Of a stretch of DNA of 24,212 nt, positions 1 to 9,525 are shown in pieces (the stretch's first letter is position 1; each line of letters starts with the position of its first letter). Position numbers and translations under genes: made by a program. This DNA is from a virus (Duplodnaviria > Heunggongvirae > Uroviricota > Caudoviricetes): the IMG/VR virus record IMGVR_UViG_2529292882_000019; one strand, given 5' to 3'. The notes under the pieces were generated by a model that worked only from the letters and a program-made list of their open reading frames with translations, was not told the origin of the DNA and did no database searches.

Positions 1-1236
1 CTACGATAACCGCGCATTCAACATGGCTATCTGTTCGTCGTTCATGTCATCAATCCACATACCGTAAATTTCATACACCATCTGCGCAGTTTCATGCCCC
101 ATTTGGCTGGCTATAAATGCCGGGTTCGCTCCTGCCGTCAACAGCCAGCAGGCAAAAGTATGCCGCGTATGGTACGGATTACGGCGGCGAATACCAGCAC
201 GTTTTACTGCTGCATTCCACCTTGCCCCCAAACTGCTTACCGAGTAATAAGGTTTCTGTTTTCCGTTACACACCCTTGGCATGAAAACAAAATGCAGTTT
301 TTGCTTTTCGGTTCTGCCGTACTCCCGATGATAAAAGGTGATTTCGCTTTTGCGATGATGCCCGGTCAGTTTGTATTGCTCCTTCAGTGCTTCAAGAGCA
401 GGCTGCAGTAGTGTTACTGTCCGGATCCCGGCATTTGTTTTTGGGGGACCGAACATATCAAGTATCGTCAGGTTTCTTCTGACATTCACTATTCCCTTTT
501 CGAGATCCACATCCTCCCACGCCAGAGCAGCCAGTTCCCCGTGACGAAGTCCTGAGTAAACGGCAAATTTCCACAAGTTCTGGCTCTGTCCTTTTTCACT
601 TTCCATTAATGCATTGAATTCTGTTTTAGATAACGGATCAGGCTTTATTCTGTTTCGCTGTAATTTTTTTACTCCTTCAAATGGTTTGGTTGATATAAAT
701 CCCGACTGATACGCAAAACGTAACAGCGAACAGAGCAGGGCGATATAGTTATCAACTGTGCGCACGGTTCTTCCTTTTTTGTTGGATCTTGGATTATCCA
801 GGTAAAGCGTTTCTCCATGCAGCAGTTCATTCCGGTAGTTTAAGATATCGCTATAACGAATATGTGATATCGGGGTACTTTCACAAATTATTATTCTGAG
901 TGTTTTTAATTGTGATTTCGTTTTCTTCATTGTGTTTGTTGTTAACTCTGTCTCTTTAATTTTTGTCCAGATATCACAAAGCTCCCCGAACGTTTTTATG
1001 ACTCTCGTTGTCACCATTTTTGCCCCAGCGCTGGACTGGGGAAAACGTCTTAAATACTCAAATTCACCGGAGTTTATTTCATGAACTATCAGCGCTCTTA
1101 AATTTCCGGCCTTTTTAATATTACTGTTTGTAATCTCCCAGCCTTTTAATGTTTCCCGACATCGTTTTCCTCGAAACATGAACCAGATGCGAATGTATCT
1201 ACCTCTAATCTCGACACCTGTTGGTAATTTAGACAT
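1..1236 (-). CDS. intR: Tyrosine site-specific integrase (phage integrase, Rac IntR-like), 411 aa
   Basis: 411-aa minus-strand ORF. C-terminal region carries the tyrosine-recombinase catalytic signature (HTRHTF ... Y in AGIRRRNPYHTRHTFACWLL...MVYEIYGMW). Start overlaps the stop of the excisionase-like gene. First gene of a minus-strand early operon. Confidence 0.9.
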   Translation of the reverse strand: MSKLPTGVEIRGRYIRIWFMFRGKRCRETLKGWEITNSNIKKAGNLRALIVHEINSGEFEYLRRFPQSSAGAKMVTTRVIKTFGELCDIWTKIKETELTTNTMKKTKSQLKTLRIIICESTPISHIRYSDILNYRNELLHGETLYLDNPRSNKKGRTVRTVDNYIALLCSLLRFAYQSGFISTKPFEGVKKLQRNRIKPDPLSKTEFNALMESEKGQSQNLWKFAVYSGLRHGELAALAWEDVDLEKGIVNVRRNLTILDMFGPPKTNAGIRTVTLLQPALEALKEQYKLTGHHRKSEITFYHREYGRTEKQKLHFVFMPRVCNGKQKPYYSVSSLGARWNAAVKRAGIRRRNPYHTRHTFACWLLTAGANPAFIASQMGHETAQMVYEIYGMWIDDMNDEQIAMLNARLS

Positions 1237-1237
1237 A

Positions 1238-1453
1238 TCATGAGTCTTTGATAAACTGATTTATCTTTGGATAGTTGTACCAGATAATCCCTCGTTTGCT
1301 GTCTGGCTTACCTAAAGGAGATACTCGCTTGAAGTGGAAGCCCTCCACCCAACAGTTCTGGCGGTATGCTTCAATTTGTCTGGCCCCCAGACCAGTACGA
1401 AGCATCAGACCGTATTCAACCATCCACTCTTCATTAAAAATCACTTGTGCCAT
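1238..1453 (-). CDS. xisR: Excisionase-like small DNA-binding protein, 71 aa from an RBS-supported ATG (ORF track extends to 1477)
   Basis: Small ORF immediately upstream of int on the same strand. GAGGTGA lies 4-10 nt before the ATG at 1453. Position and the 71-aa size match the Rac excisionase. Confidence 0.65.
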   Translation of the reverse strand: MAQVIFNEEWMVEYGLMLRTGLGARQIEAYRQNCWVEGFHFKRVSPLGKPDSKRGIIWYNYPKINQFIKDS

Positions 1454-1552
1454 CGCATCACCTCTGGCGGGCGACAATATTAGACTGAAATTGACGCCCG
1501 ACGTTGATTATTAATAATCAGCTATGAAGTTTTAATTTGAATACAATGCAAC

Positions 1553-1741
1553 TCACGAGGACAGAAGTTTCTCGCAATTAAAATTTATCAGTTTTACTTT
1601 CTGCTCTCTGGAAACGCCTGCTTCTTTTTTCCCTGAGAGCATTTTTTCGCATTCTGATTTCGTTAATTTAGATTTTGAATATCTTATCCAGTTAGTAGGA
1701 GTGCCACCTTCTTTTTCAATAGTGGCGGTAATTTTATACAT
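1553..1741 (-). CDS. Small hypothetical early protein (YdaC-like position), 62 aa from a GGAGG-supported ATG; frame is open up to 1813
   Basis: Minus-strand ORF between ralR-like and xis. GGAGG sits 6 nt before the ATG at 1741. The longer 86-aa form would overlap the upstream gene. Confidence 0.45.
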   Translation of the reverse strand: MYKITATIEKEGGTPTNWIRYSKSKLTKSECEKMLSGKKEAGVSREQKVKLINFNCEKLLSS

Positions 1742-1964
1742 GAACACCTCCATTATTATTTCCAGTGGTTCGTTTATTCCATCGTTCGAGTGCTTCTTTT
1801 TCACTTCCACCATAGCCGGTTCGGGATTCGCATCCGTTACACTTCGCGCGGTAATATCCTGAAATGGCTTTCACCGTTACTGATGGACAACCACAAAAAG
1901 GGCATGGTTTGACTTTTGTGTATCGCACTGGTTTTTCTCCTGTGAGCTTTGTGGCTGCGCTCAT
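1734..1964 (-). CDS. ralR: Lar/RalR-family restriction-alleviation protein (zinc-ribbon; RalR is also described as a type I toxin)
   Basis: Small protein with CPFCG...CNGC four-cysteine motif, as in Lar-family proteins. ATGA start/stop overlap with exo at 1961-1964. Located in the early operon next to the recombination genes. Confidence 0.6.
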   Translation of the reverse strand: MSAATKLTGEKPVRYTKVKPCPFCGCPSVTVKAISGYYRAKCNGCESRTGYGGSEKEALERWNKRTTGNNNGGVHV

Positions 1965-2641
1965 TTCCATTGCTCCCCAAATACAAAACCAATTTCAGCC
2001 AGTGCCTCGTCCATTTTTTCGATGAATTCTGGCACCATCTCGTCAAAACTCGCCATGTACTTTTCATCCCGCTCAACCACGACATAATGCAGGCCTTCAC
2101 GCTTCATACGCGGGTCATAGTTGGCAAAGTACCAGGCATCTTTTTGCGTCACCCACATGCTGTACTGCACCTGGGCTATGTAAGCCGACTTTATGGCCCC
2201 GAAACCACCGAGCCGGAACTTCATGAAATCCCGGGAGGTAAACGGGCATTTCAGTTCAAGGCCGTTACCGTCGTTGCATAAGCCATCGGGAGAGCAGGCG
2301 GTGCGCATAGTCTCGTCACGATAGATGATCGGGGATTCAGTAACATTCACGCCGGAAATGAACTCAAACAGGGCTCTGGCGTCGTTCTCGTACTGTTTTC
2401 CCCAGGCCAGTGCTTTAGCGTTAACTTCTGGGGTCACTCCGGTGCAGACCTCAGCCAGCAGGGTGTGGAAGTAGGACATTTTCATGTCAGGCCATTTCTT
2501 TCCTGAGCGGGGTTTTGCTATCACGTTGTGAACTTCTGAAGCTGTGATGACGCCGAGCCGTAATTTGTGCCACGCATCATCCCCTTGTTTAACAGTTCTC
2601 ACGTCGATTCCTGTACGTTGCAGGATAATGTCAGGAGTCAT
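1961..2641 (-). CDS. exo: Lambda exonuclease (Red-alpha), 226 aa
   Basis: Protein [15 protein letters not shown]...GFVFGEQWK is near-identical by recall to phage lambda Exo and has the same length. ATGA coupling to bet. Confidence 0.95.
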   Translation of the reverse strand: MTPDIILQRTGIDVRTVKQGDDAWHKLRLGVITASEVHNVIAKPRSGKKWPDMKMSYFHTLLAEVCTGVTPEVNAKALAWGKQYENDARALFEFISGVNVTESPIIYRDETMRTACSPDGLCNDGNGLELKCPFTSRDFMKFRLGGFGAIKSAYIAQVQYSMWVTQKDAWYFANYDPRMKREGLHYVVVERDEKYMASFDEMVPEFIEKMDEALAEIGFVFGEQWK

Positions 2642-3417
2642 GCTGCCACCTTCTGCTCTGCGGCTTTCCGTTTCAGGAATCCAAGAGTTTTCACTGCTTC
2701 GGTCTGCGTCAGTTCTGATGATGCGCGAATGTCGCGGCGAAGTATCTGGGAACAGAGCGGCAATAAGTCGTCATCCCATGTTTTATCCAGGGCGATCAGC
2801 AGAGCGTTAATCTCCTGCATGGTTTCATCGTTAACCGGAGTGATGTCGCGTTCCGGCTGACTTTCTGATGCGGTATTTTCGACAATGCGCTCGGCTTCAT
2901 CCTTGTCATAGATACCAGCAAATCCGAAGGCCAGACGGGCACACTGAATCATGGCTTTATGCCGTAACATCCGTTTGGGGTGCGACTGCCACGGCCCCGT
3001 AACTTCTTTGCCTTCGCGGGTTTTGAATGGTTCGCGGCGGCACTCATCCATCCACTCGGTAACGCAGATCGGATGATTGCGGTCCTTGCGGTAAATCCGG
3101 CATGTACAGGATTCATTGTCCTGCTCAAAGTCCATACCATCAAACTGCTGGTTTTCATTGATGATGCGGGACCAGCCATCAACGCCCACCACCGGAACGA
3201 TACCATTCTGCTTATCAGGGAAGGCGTAAATCTCTTTCGTCCACGGATTAAGACCGTACTGGTTGGCGACGATCAGCAGCGCGATGAATTGCGCATCGCT
3301 GGCATTGCCTTTAAATGCTGTCTGGCGAAGAGTGGCGATCAGTTCCTGCGGGTCGACAGTATCCATGCCGACACGTTCAGCCAGCTTCCCGGCCAGCGTT
3401 GCGAGTGCTGTACTCAT
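2638..3417 (-). CDS. bet: Lambda Bet (Red-beta) single-strand annealing protein
   Basis: Protein [19 protein letters not shown]...AAEQKVAA matches lambda Bet along its full length by recall. Sits between gam and exo as in lambda. Confidence 0.95.
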   Translation of the reverse strand: MSTALATLAGKLAERVGMDTVDPQELIATLRQTAFKGNASDAQFIALLIVANQYGLNPWTKEIYAFPDKQNGIVPVVGVDGWSRIINENQQFDGMDFEQDNESCTCRIYRKDRNHPICVTEWMDECRREPFKTREGKEVTGPWQSHPKRMLRHKAMIQCARLAFGFAGIYDKDEAERIVENTASESQPERDITPVNDETMQEINALLIALDKTWDDDLLPLCSQILRRDIRASSELTQTEAVKTLGFLKRKAAEQKVAA

Positions 3418-3422
3418 TCGTT

Positions 3423-3722
3423 TTATACCTCTGAATCAATATCAACCTGGTGACGCGCAATGGTTTCAACCATGTACCGGATGTGCTCCGCCACGCGTTC
3501 CTGAAATTCAACATCGTCATCAAATGCGCGACTGATTGCCTGTTTGCTGGCACCGTGGCGTTGCAAATGGTCGATGCAGAGCGATTCAAACAGGTGCTGG
3601 GGCAGACCTTTTTCCAGGTCGTCCGCCAGTTCCGTTTCTTTTTCTTCGCGAACGATCTTCTGGTAGTGGCGTGACCATGCCAGCTCTTCAATGCGATCAA
3701 AAATCGGGCATGTGCTCATCAT
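3423..3722 (-). CDS. gam: Gam, RecBCD inhibitor (short GamS-like form)
   Basis: C-terminal two-thirds (WSRHYQ...[34 protein letters not shown]...HQVDIDSEV) matches lambda Gam by recall. Lies directly upstream of bet. Confidence 0.85.
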   Translation of the reverse strand: MMSTCPIFDRIEELAWSRHYQKIVREEKETELADDLEKGLPQHLFESLCIDHLQRHGASKQAISRAFDDDVEFQERVAEHIRYMVETIARHQVDIDSEV

Positions 3723-5730
3723 CTGTTACCCCAAAATTTTCAAGTTTGTTTGCGATCATCATTGCAATACCCGGAATTAATGGCGCTGAGGCTATACCTG
3801 CAGGATTCGCACATAAACCGTAAACCGCCGCAATCACCACTTGTCTTTTCCAGTCGAGTTTTTCTAATGATGAAGCTGCTGCTTCGCCAGTTTCATCACT
3901 GCAATCGCGATGCGGATCGCTGCCAGCATTCTCCTTGTGTGGATGTTCAGCGCCTTCCATTTTCTCCGGCTCATTTTCCCGAACTTCAACCTGATTCTCG
4001 TCATCGAATGTTTCCTGATATATTGCGTCGCCCATCACCGCACCACAGTCAGGGCAGTTATCCCCGCCAGACTGACCGCAGGCATTGCAAACTTTTTCTA
4101 CTTCCTGTTGCGCCACTGGTTCAGGCTGTTTCGTTTCTGGCTCGTTTTGTAACGCATTTGGGCTGTTTTGTTCCGCTTTCTGGTCGTTCTGTTCCGATTC
4201 TTGTTGGTTCTGGTTCACTGAATCGCGGGTTTCAATCCCCTTCACCCATTTCGGATCATTCGGGTCGCTAATCCCCTCAACAAATTCACCACGTGATGCA
4301 GCAAGCAACTTATCGGCATCGACAGGATTTTTTGATGGAATGTTTTTCCGGGCTTCATGGAGTTCTGCCCGCAGTTCTTGATATTTCGCATCAACAGAAT
4401 TTACCTGTGACTGAGCATCCAGCGGCTGCGTGTCCTGATGATGTTCAGTTGCGTCCGGTTCCATTGTTTCAGCCTCTCCCTGTTCATCTGCCGTTGTTCC
4501 AGATGGTTGCGGTTTTTCTTCATCATCCTGTTTTCCTTCTTCTGTTACACGCTGCGGCATCGGGGCAGAGGAACGACCGCAGGCAATATCCACGATTTCC
4601 GGATCAGGGTTGGCATGATCAGTTTCAGTCAGTACTTTGTTCAGATATTCAGTGACGTGCGCGGGGGTGACCTCGATCCCAATTGGTGCTTCTTTCACGG
4701 ACGCAACCACGATGGCGCGGGAATAATCCAGCCCGCCAGGCATGGTGATGAATTTGTCGCGGAAAACAGAAAAGGGCGGTTTATTTTCAGCGATAATTTC
4801 CTCAATGCGTTTAGCGTGTGCCGGATGAAGGTTATAGATGTCCACGTCCATTGAACGGGCAAGTACGCCAGTGGCTACATCGCGTGCCAGTGACGTCAGA
4901 TCGTGGACGAAACCTTCGCCGCGATCGGTGAGGTTCCCGCCGCCAGCATTAGCACCGGAAGCCGTGCGAGTGATGCGTGAAACACGATTCCCTTTTCGCC
5001 ATTCTTTTGTCAGAAGACCGCGATCAATGTGTTCGGTATCCAGCCAGGCTGAAATGAAATTCTTAAATTCATAGGGCTGATGTTTTTTCGTGATAGAGAA
5101 AACTGCCTTAATTGCATCAGTCAGGCGGAGCAGGGCGGCATTATCCAGAGTTGTCGGTTCTGCCATGCCGCGTATGGCCAACAGCAGATTCTGGACATAG
5201 CTGTTTTCCTGATCCATCTCAAGAGCAGTAATGTGTTCGCGTTGTTCACGGGTGGCATGATGCAGGTATTTCCGATCCCCGGCCGCATACGTAAAAATGT
5301 GCAGAAGACGCTGAGTGAACCGCAAAGTGGCTACAGAGACTTCACAATCCTGGCAATCCCCGTGGGCGTCTGCCTGCGCGTTTTCTTCCTGGCCTCCCGT
5401 CAGTTTTTCAGTTTCCTGAGCATTGTCCTGATAGTGAACGTCGTCTGGCGCTGCTCCCGGTTTTAGTTCCCAGGTCATGGAGTCTTTGCTGAGTTGATAG
5501 CGTTCACTCCAGGTAAAATCGATCTCACCTTCAGGGGGAAGGTCATTAACGACAGGAAAATTTGTGGCAACAGCTTTAAAATAGTTGCTCAGTTTTTTAC
5601 CTGACTTAACGATCAGGTAGTCCAGAGTGGCACAGGTCGATTCAAAATCGTCACTTGCCCACAGGACGACGTCAGGTTCACCGGATGATTTTTTCGCTTT
5701 CCGTAACAGGAAGAGTGGTTTTGTGCTCAT
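3697..5730 (-). CDS. Large early-operon protein of unknown function, 677 aa: globular N-terminal half, long acidic Q/E/D-rich low-complexity linker, CxxC...CxxC zinc ribbon, hydrophobic C-terminal tail
   Basis: Long uninterrupted minus-strand ORF with an upstream GAGG. Its 3' end overlaps the gam start by 26 nt. Occupies the kil/cIII position upstream of gam. No family recognised from sequence. Confidence 0.7.
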   Translation of the reverse strand: MSTKPLFLLRKAKKSSGEPDVVLWASDDFESTCATLDYLIVKSGKKLSNYFKAVATNFPVVNDLPPEGEIDFTWSERYQLSKDSMTWELKPGAAPDDVHYQDNAQETEKLTGGQEENAQADAHGDCQDCEVSVATLRFTQRLLHIFTYAAGDRKYLHHATREQREHITALEMDQENSYVQNLLLAIRGMAEPTTLDNAALLRLTDAIKAVFSITKKHQPYEFKNFISAWLDTEHIDRGLLTKEWRKGNRVSRITRTASGANAGGGNLTDRGEGFVHDLTSLARDVATGVLARSMDVDIYNLHPAHAKRIEEIIAENKPPFSVFRDKFITMPGGLDYSRAIVVASVKEAPIGIEVTPAHVTEYLNKVLTETDHANPDPEIVDIACGRSSAPMPQRVTEEGKQDDEEKPQPSGTTADEQGEAETMEPDATEHHQDTQPLDAQSQVNSVDAKYQELRAELHEARKNIPSKNPVDADKLLAASRGEFVEGISDPNDPKWVKGIETRDSVNQNQQESEQNDQKAEQNSPNALQNEPETKQPEPVAQQEVEKVCNACGQSGGDNCPDCGAVMGDAIYQETFDDENQVEVRENEPEKMEGAEHPHKENAGSDPHRDCSDETGEAAASSLEKLDWKRQVVIAAVYGLCANPAGIASAPLIPGIAMMIANKLENFGVTDDEHMPDF

Positions 5731-5828
5731 TGTTTTTTAACCTCAACTCAGATTAAAATTACTGCGAGTGATGAATAAATGTCCCAGGTTCTTCACTCAG
5801 GCCTGCACGTTGTGCAGGCTTTCTTTTT

Positions 5829-6104
5829 TCAGATTTCACCTTTTAATTTCATTGCAATCAGAGTTGCCAGAAATCCGGCTTTTTTTTCTGCGGGCAGATT
5901 CTTTCCGATGTGAACCAGACTCATTTTTGTGACACCTTCATCAAGTGTTTTTACGTTGCCTGATGGGCCGTCGATATCAACCACAGTGAATGGGGTTTCT
6001 TTATTTTCTGTTTTAATCACATAGCCAATACGCTTTCCTTCCAGATTAACCTCATGAACAATGTCATCGGTAGTTAAAACAGTGACTTCATAATTGGTAA
6101 TCAT
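5829..6104 (-). CDS. racC: Small early protein, 91 aa (RacC-like by position and size)
   Basis: AAGGAG lies 5 nt before the ATG. The run of 91/56/73-aa genes here matches the Rac racC-ydaE-kilR arrangement. Symbol assigned by synteny and size, not sequence recall. Confidence 0.55.
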   Translation of the reverse strand: MITNYEVTVLTTDDIVHEVNLEGKRIGYVIKTENKETPFTVVDIDGPSGNVKTLDEGVTKMSLVHIGKNLPAEKKAGFLATLIAMKLKGEI

Positions 6105-6177
6105 TTTTTCTCCTTAATTAAGGTTGAGCGAATCCCTGCCATTGCTGGCATAAATTCAGTTTCGCATAGTCAGTTAA

Positions 6178-6348
6178 TTAAAGTTCGTGTGCCATCTGGT
6201 CTTTTTCGGCACATATTTCACTACAATATTTTTTCATTTCCGTCGTTGGGATAACTCCATGCATGAAATGAAGTGGTCTTTTAATGCTTTTGCTTTCTTT
6301 AATTCCTTTATTGCAAAGGTGGTAAGCACATTTTATTTTCTTAGTCAT
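6178..6348 (-). CDS. ydaE: Small zinc-binding protein, 56 aa (YdaE-like); not in ORF track because it is under 60 aa
   Basis: Hand-translated: [56 protein letters not shown]. Cys pairs CxxxxC and CxxxC. ATGA overlap with the upstream kilR-like stop. Confidence 0.5.
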   Translation of the reverse strand: MTKKIKCAYHLCNKGIKESKSIKRPLHFMHGVIPTTEMKKYCSEICAEKDQMAHEL

Positions 6349-6569
6349 CACCATGACTCCGCCTTTACAGGTAAACCATCACGACCGAGGAAGACTTTAA
6401 TCATGCAGTCAGTAATGCATGTTTTTGTGGTCAGGTTACGAATATAAAGTTTTCGCTTTTTAATATTGTTTGCCGAGGCGATATATGTCCGGCCTTCATG
6501 AAGAACATAATCACCAGGAGTCACACACTGACGTGGTATTTCATCAGTTCCGAAGTGATGAGCAATCAT
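6348..6569 (-). CDS. kilR: KilR-like small protein, 73 aa from a GGAGA-supported ATG (ORF track gives a 77-aa form starting at 6581)
   Basis: The internal ATG at 6569 has GGAGA 6 nt upstream and gives the 73-aa size of Rac KilR. Position matches Rac early-region order. Confidence 0.5.
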   Translation of the reverse strand: MIAHHFGTDEIPRQCVTPGDYVLHEGRTYIASANNIKKRKLYIRNLTTKTCITDCMIKVFLGRDGLPVKAESW

Positions 6570-6993
6570 AATTATCTCCATTTTTACAAATGAATTTTGT
6601 CGATGCGGTGCCTGGTGCCTCCAGGTGACGTTAACCAGTTAACAATTAACGCCGGATATTTCACCCATAACTCTGCTACGAAGGACAATAGCTTTTTAAC
6701 TGTTCCGCGTGCGCTTAGCCGCATTCACCGCATCACAAAATTCACTTTAAAAAGGGCGGACATCAGTCGAACTTCAAGAAAAAACTGATGCCGCCAAGAC
6801 TACACACAGCAGTGTTGTTATTCACAACCGGAGGCGCACTCCCACCATTTAAATTTAACAGGCAAGACCGACTCTTTATGGATATCGGAAATGCGCCTTC
6901 GTGTTGTGCCCGGTTTTATTTCACCACCTCCGGGCTTTGGTGGCCTCGGCTATACCCCTACAGCGAGAATATTGAATTAATCCAAATAATGGA

Positions 6994-7146
6994 TTAGCAA
7001 GTATTTCTGGCAAGCCAGCGACGTGCGCCCGTTTCAGTTTTGAATGTCTTGCTTTTGGTATAAGTCATGGCGGTGAACGTTCCATCCTGGTTGGGGAACA
7101 CGCCACACACCAGGGATTCGTTGTTGCCGAGGTCGATTTTTTGCAT
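6994..7146 (-). CDS. ydaF: YdaF-like small protein, 50 aa (hand-translated; not in ORF track)
   Basis: MQKIDLGNNESLVCGVFPNQDGTFTAMTYTKSKTFKTETGARRWLARNTC with GAGGTG RBS. Replaces the track ORF 7065..7256, which is in another frame. Confidence 0.55.
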   Translation of the reverse strand: MQKIDLGNNESLVCGVFPNQDGTFTAMTYTKSKTFKTETGARRWLARNTC

Positions 7147-7156
7147 TTTTCGCACC

Positions 7157-7291
7157 TCACATTTTGTTGTTGCGGATAGAGGCTTCTGCCTGCCAGAGAT
7201 CCCAGTCGTTGCTGCGTAGAGCCTGTACAGCCTGGCTGTAAGTGATACCGCAACAATCCATCAAATACTGAACTACTTCGTAATGCACCAT
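7157..7291 (-). CDS. ydaG: YdaG-like small protein, 44 aa (hand-translated)
   Basis: MVHYEVVQYLMDCCGITYSQAVQALRSNDWDLWQAEASIRNNKM with GGGAGAG RBS. Lies between the repressor gene and the ydaF-like gene as in Rac. Confidence 0.55.
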   Translation of the reverse strand: MVHYEVVQYLMDCCGITYSQAVQALRSNDWDLWQAEASIRNNKM

Positions 7292-7484
7292 TTTATCTCT
7301 CCCTTTAACGCCGGGTGGCGGAACTAAAACCTACAGCGCCGTGCTGTTCTTGATAGAAATATTAGTAACACGGATATTTTAAGTCAACAGTATGGCGTAT
7401 AATATTTTTGATTTGGTAACTATGTAAATGTTTTTTCAAGGGAAAAATATTAGTTATACAGCTGATTTGCAGAAGTTATGGCAC

Positions 7485-7518
7485 AAAAAAAACCGACTAA
7501 GACGTCGGTTTTTTTTGT
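7485..7518. terminator. Bidirectional rho-independent terminator downstream of the repressor gene
   Basis: Stem ACCGAC/GTCGGT with a 6-nt loop, flanked by an A8 run on one side and a T8 run on the other. Confidence 0.7.
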
Positions 7519-7542
7519 TGTGGATGGGGTAGTGAGCGGTGG

Positions 7543-8004
7543 CTACTGGTTACGTTTCTTTAGTGCCAGCATGTTCTCGAAGGCTTCCTCGTAGAGCTTG
7601 TTTAGTCCACGTAGCTGGTTAAGGAGTTTGGCTTTTTCTGACGCAGGTAGAATCTCGAAGAGGTTAAGCAACTCTGCCTGTTCTTCATTGACCAGCCTCC
7701 ATCCTTTGCCTGAAAAGCTATCATCATAAGTATCTGATGATCTTACATAATTCATTAAGTCTTTAAGGTCTTCTCGAATGTCCTCTGGTTTTACCTTTAA
7801 CAGAGCCGCAAATTTTAGCGCAGCGTCGGTATTTACCGGTATCTTGCCGTTCAGATACTGGCTAACGGTGCCTTGAGATTCGAATCCCAACAACTCAGCC
7901 GCCAGCTCTTGAGTCAGCTTCAGCTCTTTTTTTCTTGCATTCCATGCGGCTTTTAAATTCTTGCTCGCTTCTGGAGTTGCAATCACTTCGCGTGTTTTTT
8001 TCAT
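7543..8004 (-). CDS. racR: Prophage repressor (CI functional analogue, RacR-like), 153 aa
   Basis: N-terminal XRE-type HTH (LTQELAAELLGFESQGTVSQYLNGK). Divergent from a Cro-like gene across a 100-bp AT-rich intergenic region. No obvious SD, compatible with a leaderless maintenance transcript. Confidence 0.75.
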   Translation of the reverse strand: MKKTREVIATPEASKNLKAAWNARKKELKLTQELAAELLGFESQGTVSQYLNGKIPVNTDAALKFAALLKVKPEDIREDLKDLMNYVRSSDTYDDSFSGKGWRLVNEEQAELLNLFEILPASEKAKLLNQLRGLNKLYEEAFENMLALKKRNQ

Positions 8005-8105
8005 ACATAGAGTTTATTTGTTTTACCAATATTATCAAAGATAGTTTGACTATTGATCTTTAAAATTAGTAGGGCTAATATTTGCTCGAGGCATAACGTA
8101 GAAGG
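8005..8105. promoter_or_regulatory. Divergent promoter/operator region of the immunity switch
   Basis: AT-rich intergenic region between divergent repressor and Cro-like genes. Contains a 13-bp palindrome ATAGTTTGACTAT and related partial repeats. Confidence 0.5.
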
Positions 8106-8387
8106 TTGGCTATGAACTTAAGAGACTATTTAAAAGAGAAACATATCACCCAGCTACAGTTTGGGAAGCTAACGGGTTTATCTCAGGTGCATGTAAGTCG
8201 AGTGCTGGGGGGCTATGAAAGATTCAGCCCTGAAAAAGCATTACGTGTTGCTGAAGTAACGAATTTCGAGGTTACACCTCATGAACTCCGGCCTGATATC
8301 TACCCGAATCCAACCGACGGTTTACCTGTTGGATGTAAGGCTAACACACAAAATACACAGGAGTTGATTCATGAAAATCAGGCATGA
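8106..8387 (+). CDS. ydaS: Cro-like HTH regulator (YdaS-like), 93 aa
   Basis: HTH motif ITQLQFGKLTGLSQVHVSRV. First gene of the rightward operon, divergent from the repressor. Confidence 0.7.
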   Translation: MAMNLRDYLKEKHITQLQFGKLTGLSQVHVSRVLGGYERFSPEKALRVAEVTNFEVTPHELRPDIYPNPTDGLPVGCKANTQNTQELIHENQA

Positions 8388-8793
8388 GCACATCGAATCA
8401 GTGCTGTTAGCCCTGGCAGCCGAAAAAGGGCAGGCGTGGGTCGCTAACGCAATTACTGAAGAATATCTGCGCCAGGGGGGAGGTGAATTGTCTCTGACAC
8501 CAGGCAAGGACTGGAACAATCAGCAGAACATCTATCGCCGTTGGTTAAAAGGTGAAACGGAAGCGCAAAGGGAAAAAATTCAGAAGCTGATCCCAGCAAT
8601 TCTGGCAATCCTTCCGCGGGAGCTGCGTCACCGACTCTGCATCTTCGATACCCTGGAACGCCGTGCATTACTGGCGGCGCAGGAAGCGTTGAGTACGGCA
8701 ATTGATGCGCATGATGACGCAGTCCAGGCCGTTTACCGTAAAGCGCATTTCGGCGGTGGTGGAGCGTCCGACGATTCTGTTGTAGTGCATTGA
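8371..8793 (+). CDS. ydaT: YdaT-like protein (CII-like functional analogue), 140 aa
   Basis: 140-aa ORF overlapping the ydaS-like stop, with GGAG RBS. Size and position match Rac YdaT. Confidence 0.65.
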   Translation: MKIRHEHIESVLLALAAEKGQAWVANAITEEYLRQGGGELSLTPGKDWNNQQNIYRRWLKGETEAQREKIQKLIPAILAILPRELRHRLCIFDTLERRALLAAQEALSTAIDAHDDAVQAVYRKAHFGGGGASDDSVVVH

Positions 8794-8812
8794 TTGAATA
8801 GGGTATCCAATA

Positions 8813-9226
8813 ATGAAAATCAAACCGTACATAAATGCCGGAAATCTTACTCCCGGCGAACTACGAGACTGGATCCTGAAACTTGCAAAAAATGCAGAAA
8901 TTGCGGGTTGGGGTACAGAAACTTCGGTTCGGAAGCTTCAGAGCGCAGAACTTAGCCTGCGCTCAGTTATGGACGATTTATCCCCAAGAATTAATTTTCT
9001 GGGGTCAGAGCAAATAATTCGTTCGGAAGATCACTCCAGCGAAGTTGCGGAAGTTCTGAATACTCTGAGGATAACTTTTGCTGCCGTTCGCGATATTCAA
9101 CGAACCATTCTCTCATTGATTTCTCAGCTTCAAGAAATTGATAGTCGCATTCCTGACGGGGGTCATAGAGAGCGTCTTCCAGAATGTGAAGAGCAAGGAC
9201 AGGGGAAACAGATAAGGGATCAGTAA
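8813..9226 (+). CDS. Hypothetical protein, 137 aa (conflicts with the minus-strand ORF 8991..9446)
   Basis: Co-directional with ydaS/ydaT but weak RBS. Overlaps the opposite-strand ORF by 236 nt; only one of the two is likely real. Confidence 0.35.
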   Translation: MKIKPYINAGNLTPGELRDWILKLAKNAEIAGWGTETSVRKLQSAELSLRSVMDDLSPRINFLGSEQIIRSEDHSSEVAEVLNTLRITFAAVRDIQRTILSLISQLQEIDSRIPDGGHRERLPECEEQGQGKQIRDQ

Positions 9227-9446
9227 TACGTTTTTCACTTGCCTGGTATAGCAATCTCGCCAGCGAATCATAGCTACTGGGGCTCAGGAGAGAATCCCGT
9301 GAGTGATTTGTAAGAATCAGGTGAAAGCGGGTGAGAACTATAGCCCTGCATGTTACCAGGTTAACCATGTCGTGGTCGTGCTGGTTAATTTTGTACACAG
9401 TGCGCATGTGATTTTTAATTTTTTGGCAAACAGCCATTAAAGACAT
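8991..9446 (-). CDS. Hypothetical protein, 151 aa (conflicts with the plus-strand ORF 8813..9226)
   Basis: Near-consensus RBS AAGGAGG 7 nt before the ATG at 9446. Divergent from the replication gene. Confidence 0.4.
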   Translation of the reverse strand: MSLMAVCQKIKNHMRTVYKINQHDHDMVNLVTCRAIVLTRFHLILTNHSRDSLLSPSSYDSLARLLYQASEKRITDPLSVSPVLALHILEDALYDPRQECDYQFLEAEKSMREWFVEYRERQQKLSSEYSELPQLRWSDLPNELFALTPEN

Positions 9447-9525
9447 GTCGAACCTCCTTTGGTTCTGTTGATTGGGGAATCACAGATTATATCCGGAGGA
9501 AGGTTCGACACCAGATGAGGCAATT

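Noticed and set aside
1837-2281. Track ORFs 1837..2100 (minus) and 1949..2281 (plus)
   Set aside because: Both overlap the confidently identified exo and Lar-like genes in other frames or on the other strand and have no RBS.
3750-5466. Several plus-strand track ORFs (173, 80, 98, 120, 138, 78 and 128 aa) antisense to the 677-aa gene
   Set aside because: They overlap each other and lie antisense to a long uninterrupted ORF; their translations are low-complexity. They were not counted as genes.
7065-7256. Track ORF of 63 aa on the minus strand
   Set aside because: It is out of frame with, and overlaps, two better-supported small genes (6994..7146 and 7157..7291) that have strong RBSs and match the Rac ydaF/ydaG layout.
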